DNA of 61,399 nt, filler included, from Circinaria calcarea (Eukaryota), in NCBI GenBank assembly GCA_051942165.1. It is 5 parts of 5 records of this genome, joined end to end, with 100 filler letters (N's around TTAATTAATTAA, not from the genome) between each part and the next. Parts side by side here need not be neighbours in the genome. Positions count along the whole stretch, not along the records: positions 1 to 12,214 come from JAVECS010000596.1; positions 12,315 to 24,526 come from JAVECS010000597.1; 3 more parts are not named here. One strand, given 5' to 3'. This document shows positions 1-12,843 of this stretch, in pieces; positions within the stretch are counted from its first letter, which is position 1, and each line of letters starts with the position of its first letter. Below the pieces are notes generated by a model. It searched no databases and was not told the origin of the DNA. It saw only the letters and a list, made by a program, of their open reading frames with translations. The position numbers and the translations under genes were made by a program.

Positions 1-293
1 AATCCCCACCATACGCCGTCGAAAAGATTGGGCCCCCAAACCGCCAAATGCGAAAATTTAACGTCCTGTTTAGAAGAGAAGAAGACCAAAGGCCGATGAG
101 GAAACCAGACCAAAACGTGGATATCTTTCCTCGTGCAAAAAAGGAAAAAACACCCCGTAAATAGCCAAAAACCGTCCCGTCGTTCCCCATATATCCAAGA
201 AACAGCCCCTTGACTTTCTCTTATACTACTATCACACATGTTTCAAACCACGTTTCCAGACCTCCAAACCCCCCCCAAACATCTTCCCGCGCT

Positions 294-2382
294 TCAGGCA
301 ATCCCCACATAAAGGGTCAATTTCGGGTTCCGCTGCAATGCAATGTCCAGGTCCCGATCGCTTAACAACTCCGCATACCCGTTCGACGGCTCATCCTTGT
401 ACTGAATCATCACTTCCTCTTGCACTTTCAGTCGATCCTTCAACTTATCCCTCAACTGCTTGAATCCAATATCGCTAGGGACACGGATGGCAATCAGGTC
501 GTCTTCAAAAAACACTTTGATCTTCAGTGCCCCGGAGGTCACGTTTGTGGTGGAGGCATTAGGAGCAGACGGGGCGCCGGCCGAGCTGCTGGAGATACCG
601 GATGCTTGCGTTAAGGATGACGGTTGACGATTCATAGGACTGGCGTACTGGTTATCTCCCATGGCACGGTAGTTGGTTTGCGCTTGGGCTAAGCCATTGA
701 TAGCAACCGAACCCGATGGTTGTTTCCGTTGGTGGTTTGACCTTTGTTGAGATGAAGGCATAGTAGACGTCGGGTATCCATTGCTTCCGTTCATTTGGCC
801 TTTGGAGGACTGTCGGGACGCGCTGCGGGACAGGGAATTTGTAACAGACGACGGTTGCGAGCCGCTCGACAGACGGTAATCTTCACCCATGGTCCTGGGA
901 TCTAATTCCCAGTCGCCTTCGCGAGGGGTGAAAAGCTGGCGAACGAGATGACATTTTGAAATATACGGAGGCAAAGCGAGAAGCTTCTTTACGTATTCGT
1001 TGAGGCTTTCTCGCCGACCATTTGAGATTGCATCTGTGACATAAGTCACCGGACCGGGCATGAAAGGTAGGATGCGGGTTCCTGCAGCTTGATCGGCTTC
1101 TCGTGGGAATTCCTGCAGCAGTGCTATCTGAAAGTCGTAAAAGTTCTCGTAGAAACGTGCAAGTTCCCAATGACGTCCATCTTCCAAAACACATTCGATA
1201 ATGTACCAGTACTTGTCATTTTCGAAACAATATCGTGGTATCGAAGCTGAGATGGGAGCTAGGAGGGAAGTTGATGACGTTCTGTCCTGTGTTGGGCGAT
1301 TGCCATTTGGTTGCTGGTTGTATTGATTCTGCGCCTGTTCTTCGTTAGCGTCGCTGCATTCCATCCGAGTTCGTATACTTGCATAAGAGTTTCCATTCGT
1401 CGCGCCATGGTGCTGACTCCCGTTACTTATGCTCATGCGCTCCATTTCACGCTGTATCGAATTTGCATTGGTCGGTTTGGAATCTTTCAATTTACCCAGC
1501 TCGATACTAGTCTCCTTGTAATCTCGTGCCAGCCTCTTCCACTCCTCCACCTTGGGCACCCCTGCTTGTTGCACGGCCAACTGGGGGTCTGCTACCGCCT
1601 TAAAGGTAGTCATATCTCTTATCTCGATGAAGGAGACGGGTATCAAGCCTGGTCCGCCTAGTCGACCTATAGGCTTTGCAACAAACCATTCCGGATTTGA
1701 TTGGGCAATCACGATAATTGCCTCCCCTGCCTTGGCTTCCAACTCGTCTGGTCTCTCGGCGTTGAAATCGTACTGCACAATACCGTATACCATCGCGCCC
1801 TTGCTTATACTCGAAATCCGTCCATGTCCCGGTGTTTTTGCCGTTGCGCTTGAATCTGTTCTCGAATGCCTGCCCTTCTCCGAATACCCCGAGTCCGGGG
1901 GAATTGTATTACTTGCGCCAGAGCCAGATGACCCTGCGCTTTGTCGTTCGGTCTTGCCTATAACCTCAAAATATGACACCGGTACCAGTCCTCGAGCGCT
2001 AGGTATCAGAGGATTGCAAGCCTCGTACCAGTCCGTGTCGTCTTCTCGACTAATGACATGGAAGAAGTCACCCTTGGTAAAACCCAGCTCTTGATTGCTA
2101 TTGGGGTCGGGTTCGTAATCGTACAATGCTTTGATGACCTGATCCGAAATATGTCAGCTTCGGAAATCGTACCGAACGTACAGTAGAATTTCTGGGGATG
2201 CCGACCTTCTTTGGTGGGAGTATGGCTATTGCGGATTTGGGGGTAATGGAAATATGGTGAGGCTTGCTGTCGCTTTTCTCCCCCTTGATCGAGCGGCGGA
2301 TTGCCTGTACGGACCAATCAGTCATCGGTGCCTCGACGACGGGGTGCAGGAAGGCTAATACTGATCCAAGTTGTACCTTCAT
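294..2382 (-). CDS. BEM1: Polarity scaffold Bem1 (SH3-SH3-PX-PB1)
   Basis: Spliced model: exons 2382-2377 (ATG AAG), 2304-2206, 2138-294, with a probable in-frame GC-AG intron at 1335-1382. Two SH3 domains (VIKALYDY..GLVPVSYFE; GIVQYDF..GLIPVSFIE), a PX domain (YCFENDKYWYIIEC..PFMPGP..RRESLNEY) and a C-terminal PB1 (LKIKVFFEDDLIAIRV). Confidence 0.96.
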
Positions 2383-4564
2383 GATGGCAGCCCTCGGAAG
2401 TTGCTAGCACCTTCAGACGCTGCGATCGAGTTCGCGGTATGTTTTATCGCTCGTTACCTCAAGGTTGACATGGACGGATGGTGATGGTGATGATGGTAAT
2501 AGATTGCTCGTGTTAGAGATGCCGTACCCCACTCCAATCCCGCAGTGCGGCACTCGTGTAGGTAGATGGACAGGGGATTTCTGGCAGGTTCCGCGGTCGC
2601 AGTAGAAAACGTGCCACGAAAGCTGAAGGGGGAACTGTTCGAGAAGCTGACGTGTTGGGCACCTGATGATCTGTTGCTGGTTGGGAGTTTCTCTCTTTTC
2701 TCTCTTGTTAGGCCGCTAGCGGATCCTGAGAGTCGGCGTGGGTGGCTGGATCCCGTAGATAGGTAGCCCTACCGATAACTAAGGAATGAGCGGAGGGGCG
2801 AGGGGCGAGGGGACGGCTCGAAGAAGGGACTCGGCGGAATAATAAAGGCGCCGAGATGAAAAAGATCTCTCTTGTCTACCACGGAACAATGTGCGAATAG
2901 CGAACAATGAAGTAGCCCTCGTAGATTAGGATTCCTGCCGGATGGTCGATGGCGCGCAGTAGACCCGGGAGGAATAGGGCAGCGATGCGAGGGTCAGGCG
3001 CATGGGAATCCTGTTCAACGATGGGGAGGAAGCTTAGAAGAGGGTGAGAAAGAGAGGCTGATGCTGTTATGATGGAGAATCTATTGTTGGGGTCCGATCA
3101 TGGCACGACAGCGGATGAGCCACACAAGCCCTCGAGGGGAATGTTGCTATCGATAACGTAAGATAGACTTCAAATCAGGCTTCTCTCCCCCGACTCAAAA
3201 ATGCAAAGGGCCGCTCAAGCTTATTCGGGAGCCGAAGGAGATTGGAATTGAAGGACTTGTGGGCATGCAGCTTGGGATTAGGTATTGGGGGGAACAAGGA
3301 CAAATTATCGCTGTCTGCACTTCTCATTGGGTCACGGAATCAGGGTTGTGCAGCGGGAAGATAGAGTCGAGAGTGGTGGGCTCGTGGTCCCTCGATCATG
3401 CTGACCAGTGAGAGAGGCCAGCTAATGAATTAAGCAGCGATTCGGTGCATTCATCTCTAGTCAGCTGCCTGCCGTCCAACAGCAACGCCGGACGGTGCCA
3501 GGCGGACAGTCGGCCTATTTTTAGTTGCTGTTTCTTTTCGCTCTGTTATACCAGAGCAGATCCTCTCCCGACACTCGATGCCTCCGCCCCTCGTCAATGT
3601 CGACTCACTTTCAAACAGATAGCGTCTGCAGATGGTCCTCAGTGTACGACCTACTGAAGGACAAGACATGCACAACGGAGTTACAATGCACTGGGAAAGT
3701 ATGCATGGGTGCATTGGACTCGATTTGAAAGCTACACATCCCGCCACCATGACCGGGGATAAGTATGGAGCTGCCGCCTCCCGGAGTCAGGACGACTGGC
3801 CGCGCAAAGTGGTTGATCGTCTTCTAGTGGCCCGTCTCCACACTGCGGAAAGGGGTGGAGATCGTACAGCCTATGAACCCATGGCTGCCATGTGTCATTA
3901 TAACCCTTCCGGTTCGGCAAGGAATACACGGCCACGCGAGCGAATCAGCAATAGACAGCTAAGGTGGAGGATCAAGTAGAGCCTGGGTGGTACGGGCAAC
4001 GACCTTCGGAGGTCGGTTGCGGCAGGCCATGAGCAATTTACTCGTGTACCTGCAGCTTGGGATGATATGCGAAGGATCTGCAGATGGACTTGAAAGTCCC
4101 CCATTGTGGTTCGCGCTAAAGCTCAGAATATCTACATGATGCTGGCAAAAACGACAATTATGAAACAAGAAATCCCGAGTATTGTCCTAGACAACTCCTA
4201 GCACATCCCGCTCGCATACTGCCAGAGGCGCAGTGAAGACTGAAGAGAATATCAGGTACATACGCCAACACAGGTTCTGCAGTATTTTGTGCCACGGCCA
4301 AAAAACACTCGTCACTGGTTGATTAGTAAAAGAGCGCCAGGGGGCTCGACTGCGATACGATGCAAGCATGTAGAACACACAAGAAGTGGAAGAGACGACA
4401 GAGTTAGAACCGTGTTTGTCACGGGAAGTCCTGGGCGTAGTAGAGTCCCCCACACGAAAATCCAAGTGGTGGAGTTACCGTCGGATCATTGGACCAGTGA
4501 TTGCATCATGGCTGTCGCGAGAGGCAATCGATCAAGGTCATGATATAGGCGTCAAATACTGTGC

Positions 4565-6199
4565 TCATATCTGACCCTTGATATCGACCTTCCTGAACGC
4601 TGCGCTTGTGGCCGTGTCAAGCGTATTACCGACCTTTCCGGTCAGCAAACGCACTTCACCCTCTCGTTCTTCGAGGAAGTTCTGGCAGCCGTATTCGCAT
4701 AAGAACCGAGCACCTTCTTCGTCAGACTCGAAGCCAAGCTCTTCGGTTACAAAACGTAATTTGACGTCTTGCTTATATCTAAGTGTGCGTTAGCCATGAT
4801 GAACTGCAGATTCCAGCGGATAGCTCACGCTCTGCATATGTTTGACAAGGCTGCCAAACGTTCACGAGTGACAAACATATCCATCAGATACGCCCCCATA
4901 TTGGGTGTCTCGAGATATAGCTGAAAGAACCGATGGTAATTTCCTAGAGCCAGCGCGGATCGAGCATCAAGAGCATGCTTGATGGCCGGCTCTTTTTTCT
5001 CTGCCGGTGTAAGATCTGCCAGAACGTCGTTCATATCGGTTCGGTTGCACGTATGAATAAAATATAAAATGCGATAAGCTTTGAATTCCGTTGGATGACC
5101 TCCAATCTTCTGCGCGTAAAGAGCCCGTAGTTGCGTCTGACACTGGTTATACTCACCCAGATCCCCTTTTTCCAATGCAATTCGGGCATGTATCTCATAA
5201 ACATTTACGGTGAAGTCATTTTTGATATGCTGTACAGTCAAATCCTGACGCAAAGACTTGAACTGATCACATATGTATGAATAATTATTCTCCTTCTTCC
5301 ATTTCTTCTTTAGAAGCTCGAGGGTCTTTTCCAAAACAGGTAAAGGTCGTACAATATCTGGATTTGGGGCAGAAGTAAGGCGAAAATATTTCTTCTCCAA
5401 CTCCTGGGATCTGCCAACCACTGGGCCTTGGTCTACATCAGGCATTGGAGAGTGGTCTTTAGGTGGCGCTTGTACAGAGGTGTATGTATTGGCACCCGCT
5501 TCAAATCGTCGCTTCCGGTTTTCCAAACTATATTGGGACTTATTTGGTCCCTGGCCATCCAGTTCGTTGCGTTGCCTTTTGTCAGCATATGATAACCTGT
5601 CCTCGAATACATTGCGATGGTTAGTAGCCCGCCAAGGCGGCTGTTTATCATTATCAGTCAGAGCAGTGGCTAGATCGGATGACTTCCTCTTTTTAGAGAG
5701 CGTTCCGTTGCTGAATCCATTAGTTTCATGCACATTGAGAGTAGAAAACTGATCGCGCCACGTCTGGTTCACAGGGATTTGAGCCTTTACACGTTCGCTT
5801 TGAATCATTTGTTGAGGCAGTGGTAACAGCTCCCAATCGACTTTGGAAAGAGAATTACTTTCCGCTGCTTCCGAAATAACTGCCTTGAGCTTCGTTTCCA
5901 TTTCCTCTCTGCCAATCCCAGGGATGCTATTCTCCGCCGCGAACGACCTCTGCACGTATTGGCGCACTGGCAACGGCCATTCTCTCTTCGGTTTTTCCGC
6001 CTGCGGGGTGTTTGATGCCGGTAAGGCCATCCTTTGCGGTGATGAACGCGCCGGTAACTGTTCTGAAGGTGACGGTCGATCGAACGTACGTCGCACGGGG
6101 ACTGGGGTGAATGCTGTGGAAGCTAATAAACCTTTAGACATCTGCTGGACACAAAGATGTTGATGATTATGAGAAATAGTATTAATACATACACGACAT
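4565..6199 (-). CDS. THP3: SAC3/GANP/THP3-family PCI protein (Thp3/LENG8 type)
   Basis: ORF 4825-6141 contains LEKKYFRLTSAP..VRP, YICDQFKSLRQDLTVQHI and YEIHARIALEKGDLGEYNQCQ. Intron 4779-4828 (GTGAG..TAG) gives a last exon ending VDIKGQI* at 4565. The start is uncertain: ATG 6141, or a 7-nt exon 6199-6193 with intron 6114-6192. Confidence 0.9.
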
Positions 6200-6568
6200 T
6201 TTATCCTCTAGGACGGTCAATCTCTATTGCTTTGCTGTTCGAGCGGTAGTCATCGAGATATTCACTGGAAGCGTGAAGGTGTCTTGGTGGAGTAAGTGAA
6301 GGATTGCACTACAGAAGCTGAGTTAGGTATTTTGAAGAACCTCTCTGCGCATGTGTTTTCTGTGTGTCAGTGACATGTAGACGCCGAGGATTTACGAATG
6401 AAGTTCAAAATGATCTGTGGACGGGGCCAGGAAGATCCTTATCCCGTATGTTTGGCGAACACCCCCCATTGTCCCGACTTCACCGACGTAATATTTATTA
6501 TCATCCATCCCAGCAGATCAACCTGGCCGTAATTGCCGATGGTCAAGTTAAGACGACAATGAATCTGA

Positions 6569-8544
6569 ATGTTTCTACAATCACTTGACTTGACCACTGC
6601 TCTGCGGCCGGAATTGCTGCCGGACGAAATATTGCTCTTCGTGCAAGATGCCGTTGGGTTATATGAAGGGTATGTATCAGATACCCTGTACTTCCCTACA
6701 ACTGTGGATGCTGAAAGGTCTTCCGCAGCAAGTTCAAGATCCCAAGTCATCAGAATGGGCACGCATATCTCACGTCCCACCGCATTTGCTACGTGGACAA
6801 TGCCGAAGCCAGGAAGAACTCTGCGGCAGTCGAGCTAAAGGATGTTGAAAAATATGAGTTTTATGTATTTGCACATCACTTTCATGACCGAGACCGGATC
6901 CTCACGTAGGCATAGGCAGGCTTCCTGAAATCATCTTCAAAGATTACTCTGTACCCAAAGCCGCCCAAGAGATCCTCTATTCAGTCTCGCCCACAGTCAA
7001 GCATATACGCTCCATATTCGTCAACGCCAAGCCCTTCACGTAGTGCGACTGCATCGCCTTTGCCTCGTGGGGCTAGCTTGCGTTCGTCCTTACCTCCCAC
7101 ATCTAATAGTATACGTCCTCAGAACGTCACGTGGGTGTGCCCTATATGCTCTTTTTCGAATCCGGTTCCGACCAACTTTGATGCAACCACGGCAAATGCC
7201 TTGACGCCTATTCCACCATGCTTGGCCTGTGGTATTAAACCACCACTTACCCATATTTTGAAGGCAGCTATCTCGGGTTCGTCCACACCGCAAGCTACTT
7301 CAGAGCCCCGGCAGCAACTCCTAGAAAGCCAAGAGCAGGATGGTAGAGAAGCTGTCAACATTTATAAACAAGGTGGCAACCATGAACTTGGTCCCTCTGC
7401 GTCCCAGTCATCCTTTCAATGTCCTCGATGTACCTTTCTAAATCACCCATCGCTCCTGTCTTGTGAACTATGTGGAGCGCCTTTACTCTCAGCAGACACT
7501 CCAGGGGCAGTCATCAATGATGGGGGTTTAAAACGTATGGAGTCGCCAGGGCCCACTATGGATAGCTTGACCTTTTCGTTAGGAGATACACCTGAATGCA
7601 TAAAATTATCTTTTCGTGCCGGTGGAGAGAAGATCTTTTATGAGAGGCTTAAAGGCGCCATGGTGCAGAGAAAATGGTTGCTGCAGAATGCGCCTCCTGT
7701 TCCTCAGCCTATCGCGTTGCTCTCATCCGCCTCCAGAGGCTACACCGCAGCGTCAGTTTATAATGGACCTCCTACAACGAGTGGAGGTGGCATCGCTGGA
7801 TTGGAACGCCGAGGACAGGAGCTCCGTAAGAACAATCAGGTGGTGATTGGTAATGCGTTTGAAGATCTTGAAGCTCTCATGGCTTCTGCCAAAGAGATAG
7901 TAGCACTTGCTGAATCTTTCGCAAGCAAATCAGCCGACGGTTCACCAGAAGCTAAAGCTTTGATTCATGAGTCAGCTGCAGCACTAGGAATGATAACAAC
8001 TAAGGATATGTTGGGATCGACATCAGGTTCAGATACGCTCTATCTATCAGAACTGTCACGTAATCTCGCAGAGTACCTGACCGACGACCGCCAAGGCGTA
8101 CTGAAGAAAGAAGGTGGGATCATGAGTCTTGTCGATTTATGGGCAATGTTCAACCACGCCAGAAACGGAGTGGAGCTGATTAGTCCTGGGGATTTTGAGA
8201 AGGCGGCCCGATTGTGGGAGAGGCTTGGGCTCCCGGTTCGACTGCGCGAGTTCCGGAATGGATTGTTGGTTGTACAGAGGCATGATTGGACCGACGACAA
8301 GACGATTGCGCAATTACTCGCCTGGCTGCAGGAGCTGCACTTTGAGCCAGCAGCCGAGGAAATCGGCTGGGATGTGGTCCGATTCGGCCGGGGAGTCACC
8401 GTCCAGGAAACCGCTTCTAAGTTTGGTTGGAGTGTGGGTGTAGCAAGTGAGGAGTTAGAGATGGCGGAAGAAAAAGGGGCGCTTTGTCGAGAGCAAGGGG
8501 TAGAAGGACTTCGGTTTTGGGAAAACATGATTATGGAATTATAA
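6569..8544 (+). CDS. VPS36: ESCRT-II subunit Vps36 (GLUE domain split by two NZF zinc fingers; winged-helix C-terminus)
   Basis: Exons 6569-6669, 6729-6865, 6916-8544. Motifs VQDAVGLYEG, GHAYLTSHRICYVD, AGFLKSSSKI, WVCPICSFSN..CLACG, FQCPRCTFLNH..CELCG, IKLSFR, GGIAGLE, AFEDLEALM. Confidence 0.96.
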
Positions 8545-9152
8545 GATGCTTACCGGGCAAGCAATCTGGCTGATGGCTGTGTTTTAAGTCCAACATAGGA
8601 CTACAGTATAATCTAGAGACTTGAAGTGTTTTACCAAACTACCTCGATATCTCCTTGACATCTAATGTGGGTATAAATACGTCGAGAAGACAGAACTTCA
8701 GTTTGTTAGGGGCAACCTGGAATACCTTTCACCGGTCACGGGAATATCTAAACCCGAGCGCTCGAGGGTCTAAAACGTCGCTTAGGTCCTTCTAGCCTAC
8801 CCGCTACGGTACCACGGCCGCTAGATACCCCGAATGTGATTCCTTGAGCCCGGTTCCCCGGTTCTTATCGGCCCCGCGAATTAGGATAGGATCCGCCTTC
8901 CCCACGCAATGGGTGTGAGGTCCAAGGCAGCCGCCTCACCTTCTCTCGATCGGAACGTATTTATATACCGAGTCTATTGCACATTTCCTGCCCTGATTAT
9001 ATCTGGGGGGGTCGTTGTCTCCTTTTCTCTACTTCTAGTCTCCTCCATTTCAATCAGGATCATCCTGGGTTGCGTATGTCACCTTCTGACGAAGCTTCCG
9101 ATAGCTTACTGATAGAGACTTAATAGGTAACAACATGATCTGATCCATCGCC

Positions 9153-12100
9153 ATGATGGCCTCTTCACATCATCATTATCTCTTCGGTTCTCGTACTCTA
9201 CTTGCTTCGACGGCAAATCCCTCACGTCGAACTCCAAGCTTACTGTCGACTGTTTCGCCTCGTTCCTCGCTACGCTCACCTTGTTTGCGCTCCGCTTCCC
9301 GCAACTTCTGGTGGAGCCGCCATGGGTATACAAACAGATCATGCTCAAGCCAAGTGAGATATCAGAGGTCCCTCGAGGCCTATCAACGTATCGTCAAATA
9401 TAGATCTGGCAAGGGTCTCCAACATATCTCACCGCGGTGTAAACATCACTACCTAAATCAATACTCTCCCACCCAAGGATGGCGCTTATCAAGCTTATGG
9501 GGCAAACCTAATGGTATATGGTCAGATTCTAATAGACTCCCCAAGGACAAGGGTACGGGCGAAGCCGAAAAGAAACAGGATTGGAGGGCCGAGTTCCAAG
9601 ATCGAGAGGGTGAGATTGCCAATCGCTTCGAAGCATGGAGGAAAAAGATGGAAGAAGACCCCTACGATATGCTCTTTGGCAAAGCGAGCGAAAGAGGCCT
9701 CTGGAATCCGTTTGTACTTTTTGAGACCCAGGCATCGGCAAGGCCATCAAGCCGACCGGACAGTGCTCAAAGGAACGAATCGAATCAGCGAATACAGGAA
9801 CATCTCAAAGCAGGTTCAAGTGAGGAAGGACTATTGCACAAGGGAACGGGGAATGATAACGCGGCTCGCAATCATAAAGATATATCATATGGATCACCTC
9901 AGTTCGCCAGTGCTCGTAATACCATCGAATCTCTGCGCTCCCGAACAAGCGAACCCCTGGAGGAATACGTTATAGATCCTATTTCTATGCGAAAAGTTCC
10001 GCGAAGAAATATTGACTCATCGCCAAAATTCAAAACCGGTAGTCCGAATCAGAGTGTCAACATCCCAGTGAAGACATATGTTCAACCCAAATCAACGAAT
10101 ACTGTAACGGTCTATCCCTCCGGTATTGGCGAGCCCTCCCCGCCGGTTCACTCGGGCAAATCAGAAACGCGGTCGTCTACCACAAAGTCGGAACCTTCCT
10201 CGCCTGTATATCACTCAACACATCCTTGGCTCGAACGAGAAGGCTTTGGCGTCCAAGCAGACCCACCCAGCAATACAACATCTGCTAACGCTGTGAAAAA
10301 TGCCACACCTGAACCTACGGCTACGAATAGTCGGAGGAAGATTGAGAGCTCTTTGGATCGCCATGTTAGTACCAGACAAAAAGCTAAACAAGATACAATA
10401 AACACTAGTTACGCACTGATATACAAGCCCGAGGAGAACAAGACGGAAGACGTTGATTTGCTTCGAGCTAGTGATGTACGAGCAAGGTCTGGGCAAACGA
10501 GAAACTTCAACAACGGCCTGCAAGAGGCGAAGCTAGAGCAACGACAAAAGCTTGAAGATGCATTCGAGAGGCGCCTGCAGAGCTCCGATTTGGAAGATGT
10601 CGAAGAATTGACTACACGAAAAGCAAAACAATCGGCTAGTCAATCACGACTTCAAGCTGATGATACTTTTTCGAAATTAGCATCAGCACCGGAAGACTCG
10701 TACCTTAACAAGGTTAGTACTCATGATGCTCCTGTTACGAATATCGACTCGTGGGGTTACGACTTGGGGCCTCAAAATCATCTTCGAACCTCCTGTCAAG
10801 TACAACTCGAGAATCAGATCCAAAACAAGGAGAATAGCTATGCACATGTGCAACAACAGATCATGAATCACCGTTCAGAAGACAATGACGCAAGCTATAA
10901 GCCTCTACGTCAAGAACGAGAAGAAGATCGTCCTATCGGACCAACTGGTCAGATGTCCCAAGAAGAGATGGATCAGATACGGCAAGACCAATTACTGGAA
11001 ATCCAAAGACAAAATAAGACGCGTATGCTCCGAGATGCGGCCGAGACCCGTTTGGCCCAAGAGATTAATACACAAAAGGCAGCCATGAATCATATGGAAT
11101 ACAGTAAACATAACTCCTCTCAGAACAACCAGCGTATACCACCATCTCAACTCGGTGAAGGCGACATGCCCGAGAACGTCCATGAGTTTGCCGGCCGTGA
11201 TCGGTGGTACAAAAAGAAGGCACCTCACGCTACTGAACAGGATGCTCATCTTAATGAAATGCGCCGTAAAACAGAAGCTAATGGGCAATCTTTAGTACGC
11301 GAACTCAAAGACATCTACGAAGACGCTTACGGGGCTATTGACGTTAATCACCCACAAGCAGTATTACATCCAGGTATGGAAGGTAAAGAGGATCCAGCAG
11401 TACAGCGCGGACTTCAAGAGTATGATGGCTTGCATACAACAATGCAGAACCCCATATCCAACTTTGTACTTGACAATAAATTTGACCACATGTTTGACCA
11501 TACATCTACCAGTAATGAACCTAAGCCAGATGGAAGGCCCAATCTTCCAGAGTCTACCACGAAACAGATCAAGTCATCAATCTCATCGGAGCCAGCTCGA
11601 CCCGCTCCTCCTATGCCCGCCCGGATCTCGACCACACCTATGCCCAGTCGAAATATCTACAAGATCCTTGCGCTAAATCACAGCACACACGAAGTCACGA
11701 GTGTCACAACGACCTCATCTCTTCACGAACAGTCCTCTTTGCCCCGAAGTGCTCCAGCTATACTTTCACATCTTTCGTACCCTGCCAATTTTATTCCCCA
11801 TCTGGAAGCTCTTGAAGGAACAGACTTTGAACTCATTGCAGGGAACCGGAATATGTTACTCTATAAGAAGTTTAACAAGGCAGGCGAGGTGAATCAGGAT
11901 GCGCAGGCAACAAAGAAAGATCTTGATCCAGCAAACGTTCCGTCGTCAATGCAGAAGACGACCATGACAACTCCTGCAGGAGGAGACACAATCAATTCAA
12001 GGACCGCGTATGAAGAATTGAAGGGTACAGCGAGACAACCAGTAAACCCAATAGATGGCACAACAGGCCGCTTCGCTTCACCTACAGGATTTGTAAATCA

Positions 12101-12214
12101 CGACGCGGTATTTCCTTCATCCGAGTCCCCCGAGATTGCCAATAGACAACATGTGAGACATTTACCGGGAGGAACTGTGAGGAGAGAAGAAGAGGTCTTT
12201 TCCGGCTCTCCACG
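9153..12214 (+). CDS. Large uncharacterised Ser/Thr-rich protein with a probable mitochondrial presequence; 3' end truncated by the contig end
   Basis: Uninterrupted ORF of more than 1000 codons running into the gap. The first 74 residues are rich in R/S/L with no D or E. Short blocks (DPYDMLFG, YVIDPISMRKV, EDVDLLRASDVRA, YKILA, RFASPTGFVN, VRREEEVFSG) resemble, from memory, a Pezizomycotina hypothetical family. Confidence 0.8.
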
Positions 12215-12314
12215 NNNNNNNNNNNNNNNNNNNNNNNNNNNNNNNNNNNNNNNNNNNNTTAATTAATTAANNNNNNNNNNNNNNNNNNNNNNNNNNNNNN
12301 NNNNNNNNNNNNNN
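12215..12314. other. Artificial contig linker (N44-TTAATTAATTAA-N44)
   Basis: Exactly 100 bp; the core has stops in all six frames; identical to the other three gaps. Confidence 0.99.
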
Positions 12315-12843
12315 CTTGCACCAGAATATCTGCTTTCTCTTTCCGGCGAGCCTCTTCCTCTGCCCATTTCTCCTCCTCGGTCTTTGTGTCAACGGCAATG
12401 ACCTCTTTCCGCTGGTCTTTCCTAATAAACGTAGGCCGTAGCAGGACCTTTGGCGCCTCCTCCTCACTGCTACTTTCCTCCTCACTCTCGCTTGGCTCAC
12501 TCTCGCTGCCCTCGCTCTCCTCCTCACTTTCCTCCGTTACGAAACCCTCCTCCTCTTTGGCCCGTATAGCTTTTTCGGCTTCCAGGCGTGCAGCCTCATA
12601 GGCAGCGGCCTGTTGGCGTCGAGCATTGAGATCAACCTTTTTGAGATTGCTGGCTATCCGAGCGGAATCCGGTGGGAGGGTCGAGGAAGCTCTTGTAGGT
12701 TGTGTTTCCTCATTGACTCGGTCCTCGGCTGAAACGTCTGAATCTTCCTCTTCTTCTTCTGAAGTGTGGACTTCTGCCGTAGGTTTACCGGGGCGGTAGC
12801 GGGCTGGTTTGACAGGGTTTGCGGTCATGCGCTTGGGCGGCAT
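12315..12843 (-). CDS. MFAP1: MFAP1/Spp381-like spliceosomal B-complex protein, N-terminal part (truncated by gap)
   Basis: N-terminus MPPKRMTANPVKPARYRPGKP, acidic tracts, LLRPTFIRK and an E/R-rich helix, as in fungal MFAP1. The C-terminal domain is missing. Confidence 0.85.

Noticed and set aside
12259..12270. TTAATTAATTAA palindrome recurring about every 12.3 kb
   Set aside because: Synthetic six-frame-stop linker embedded in Ns; the periodicity reflects size-sorted contigs.
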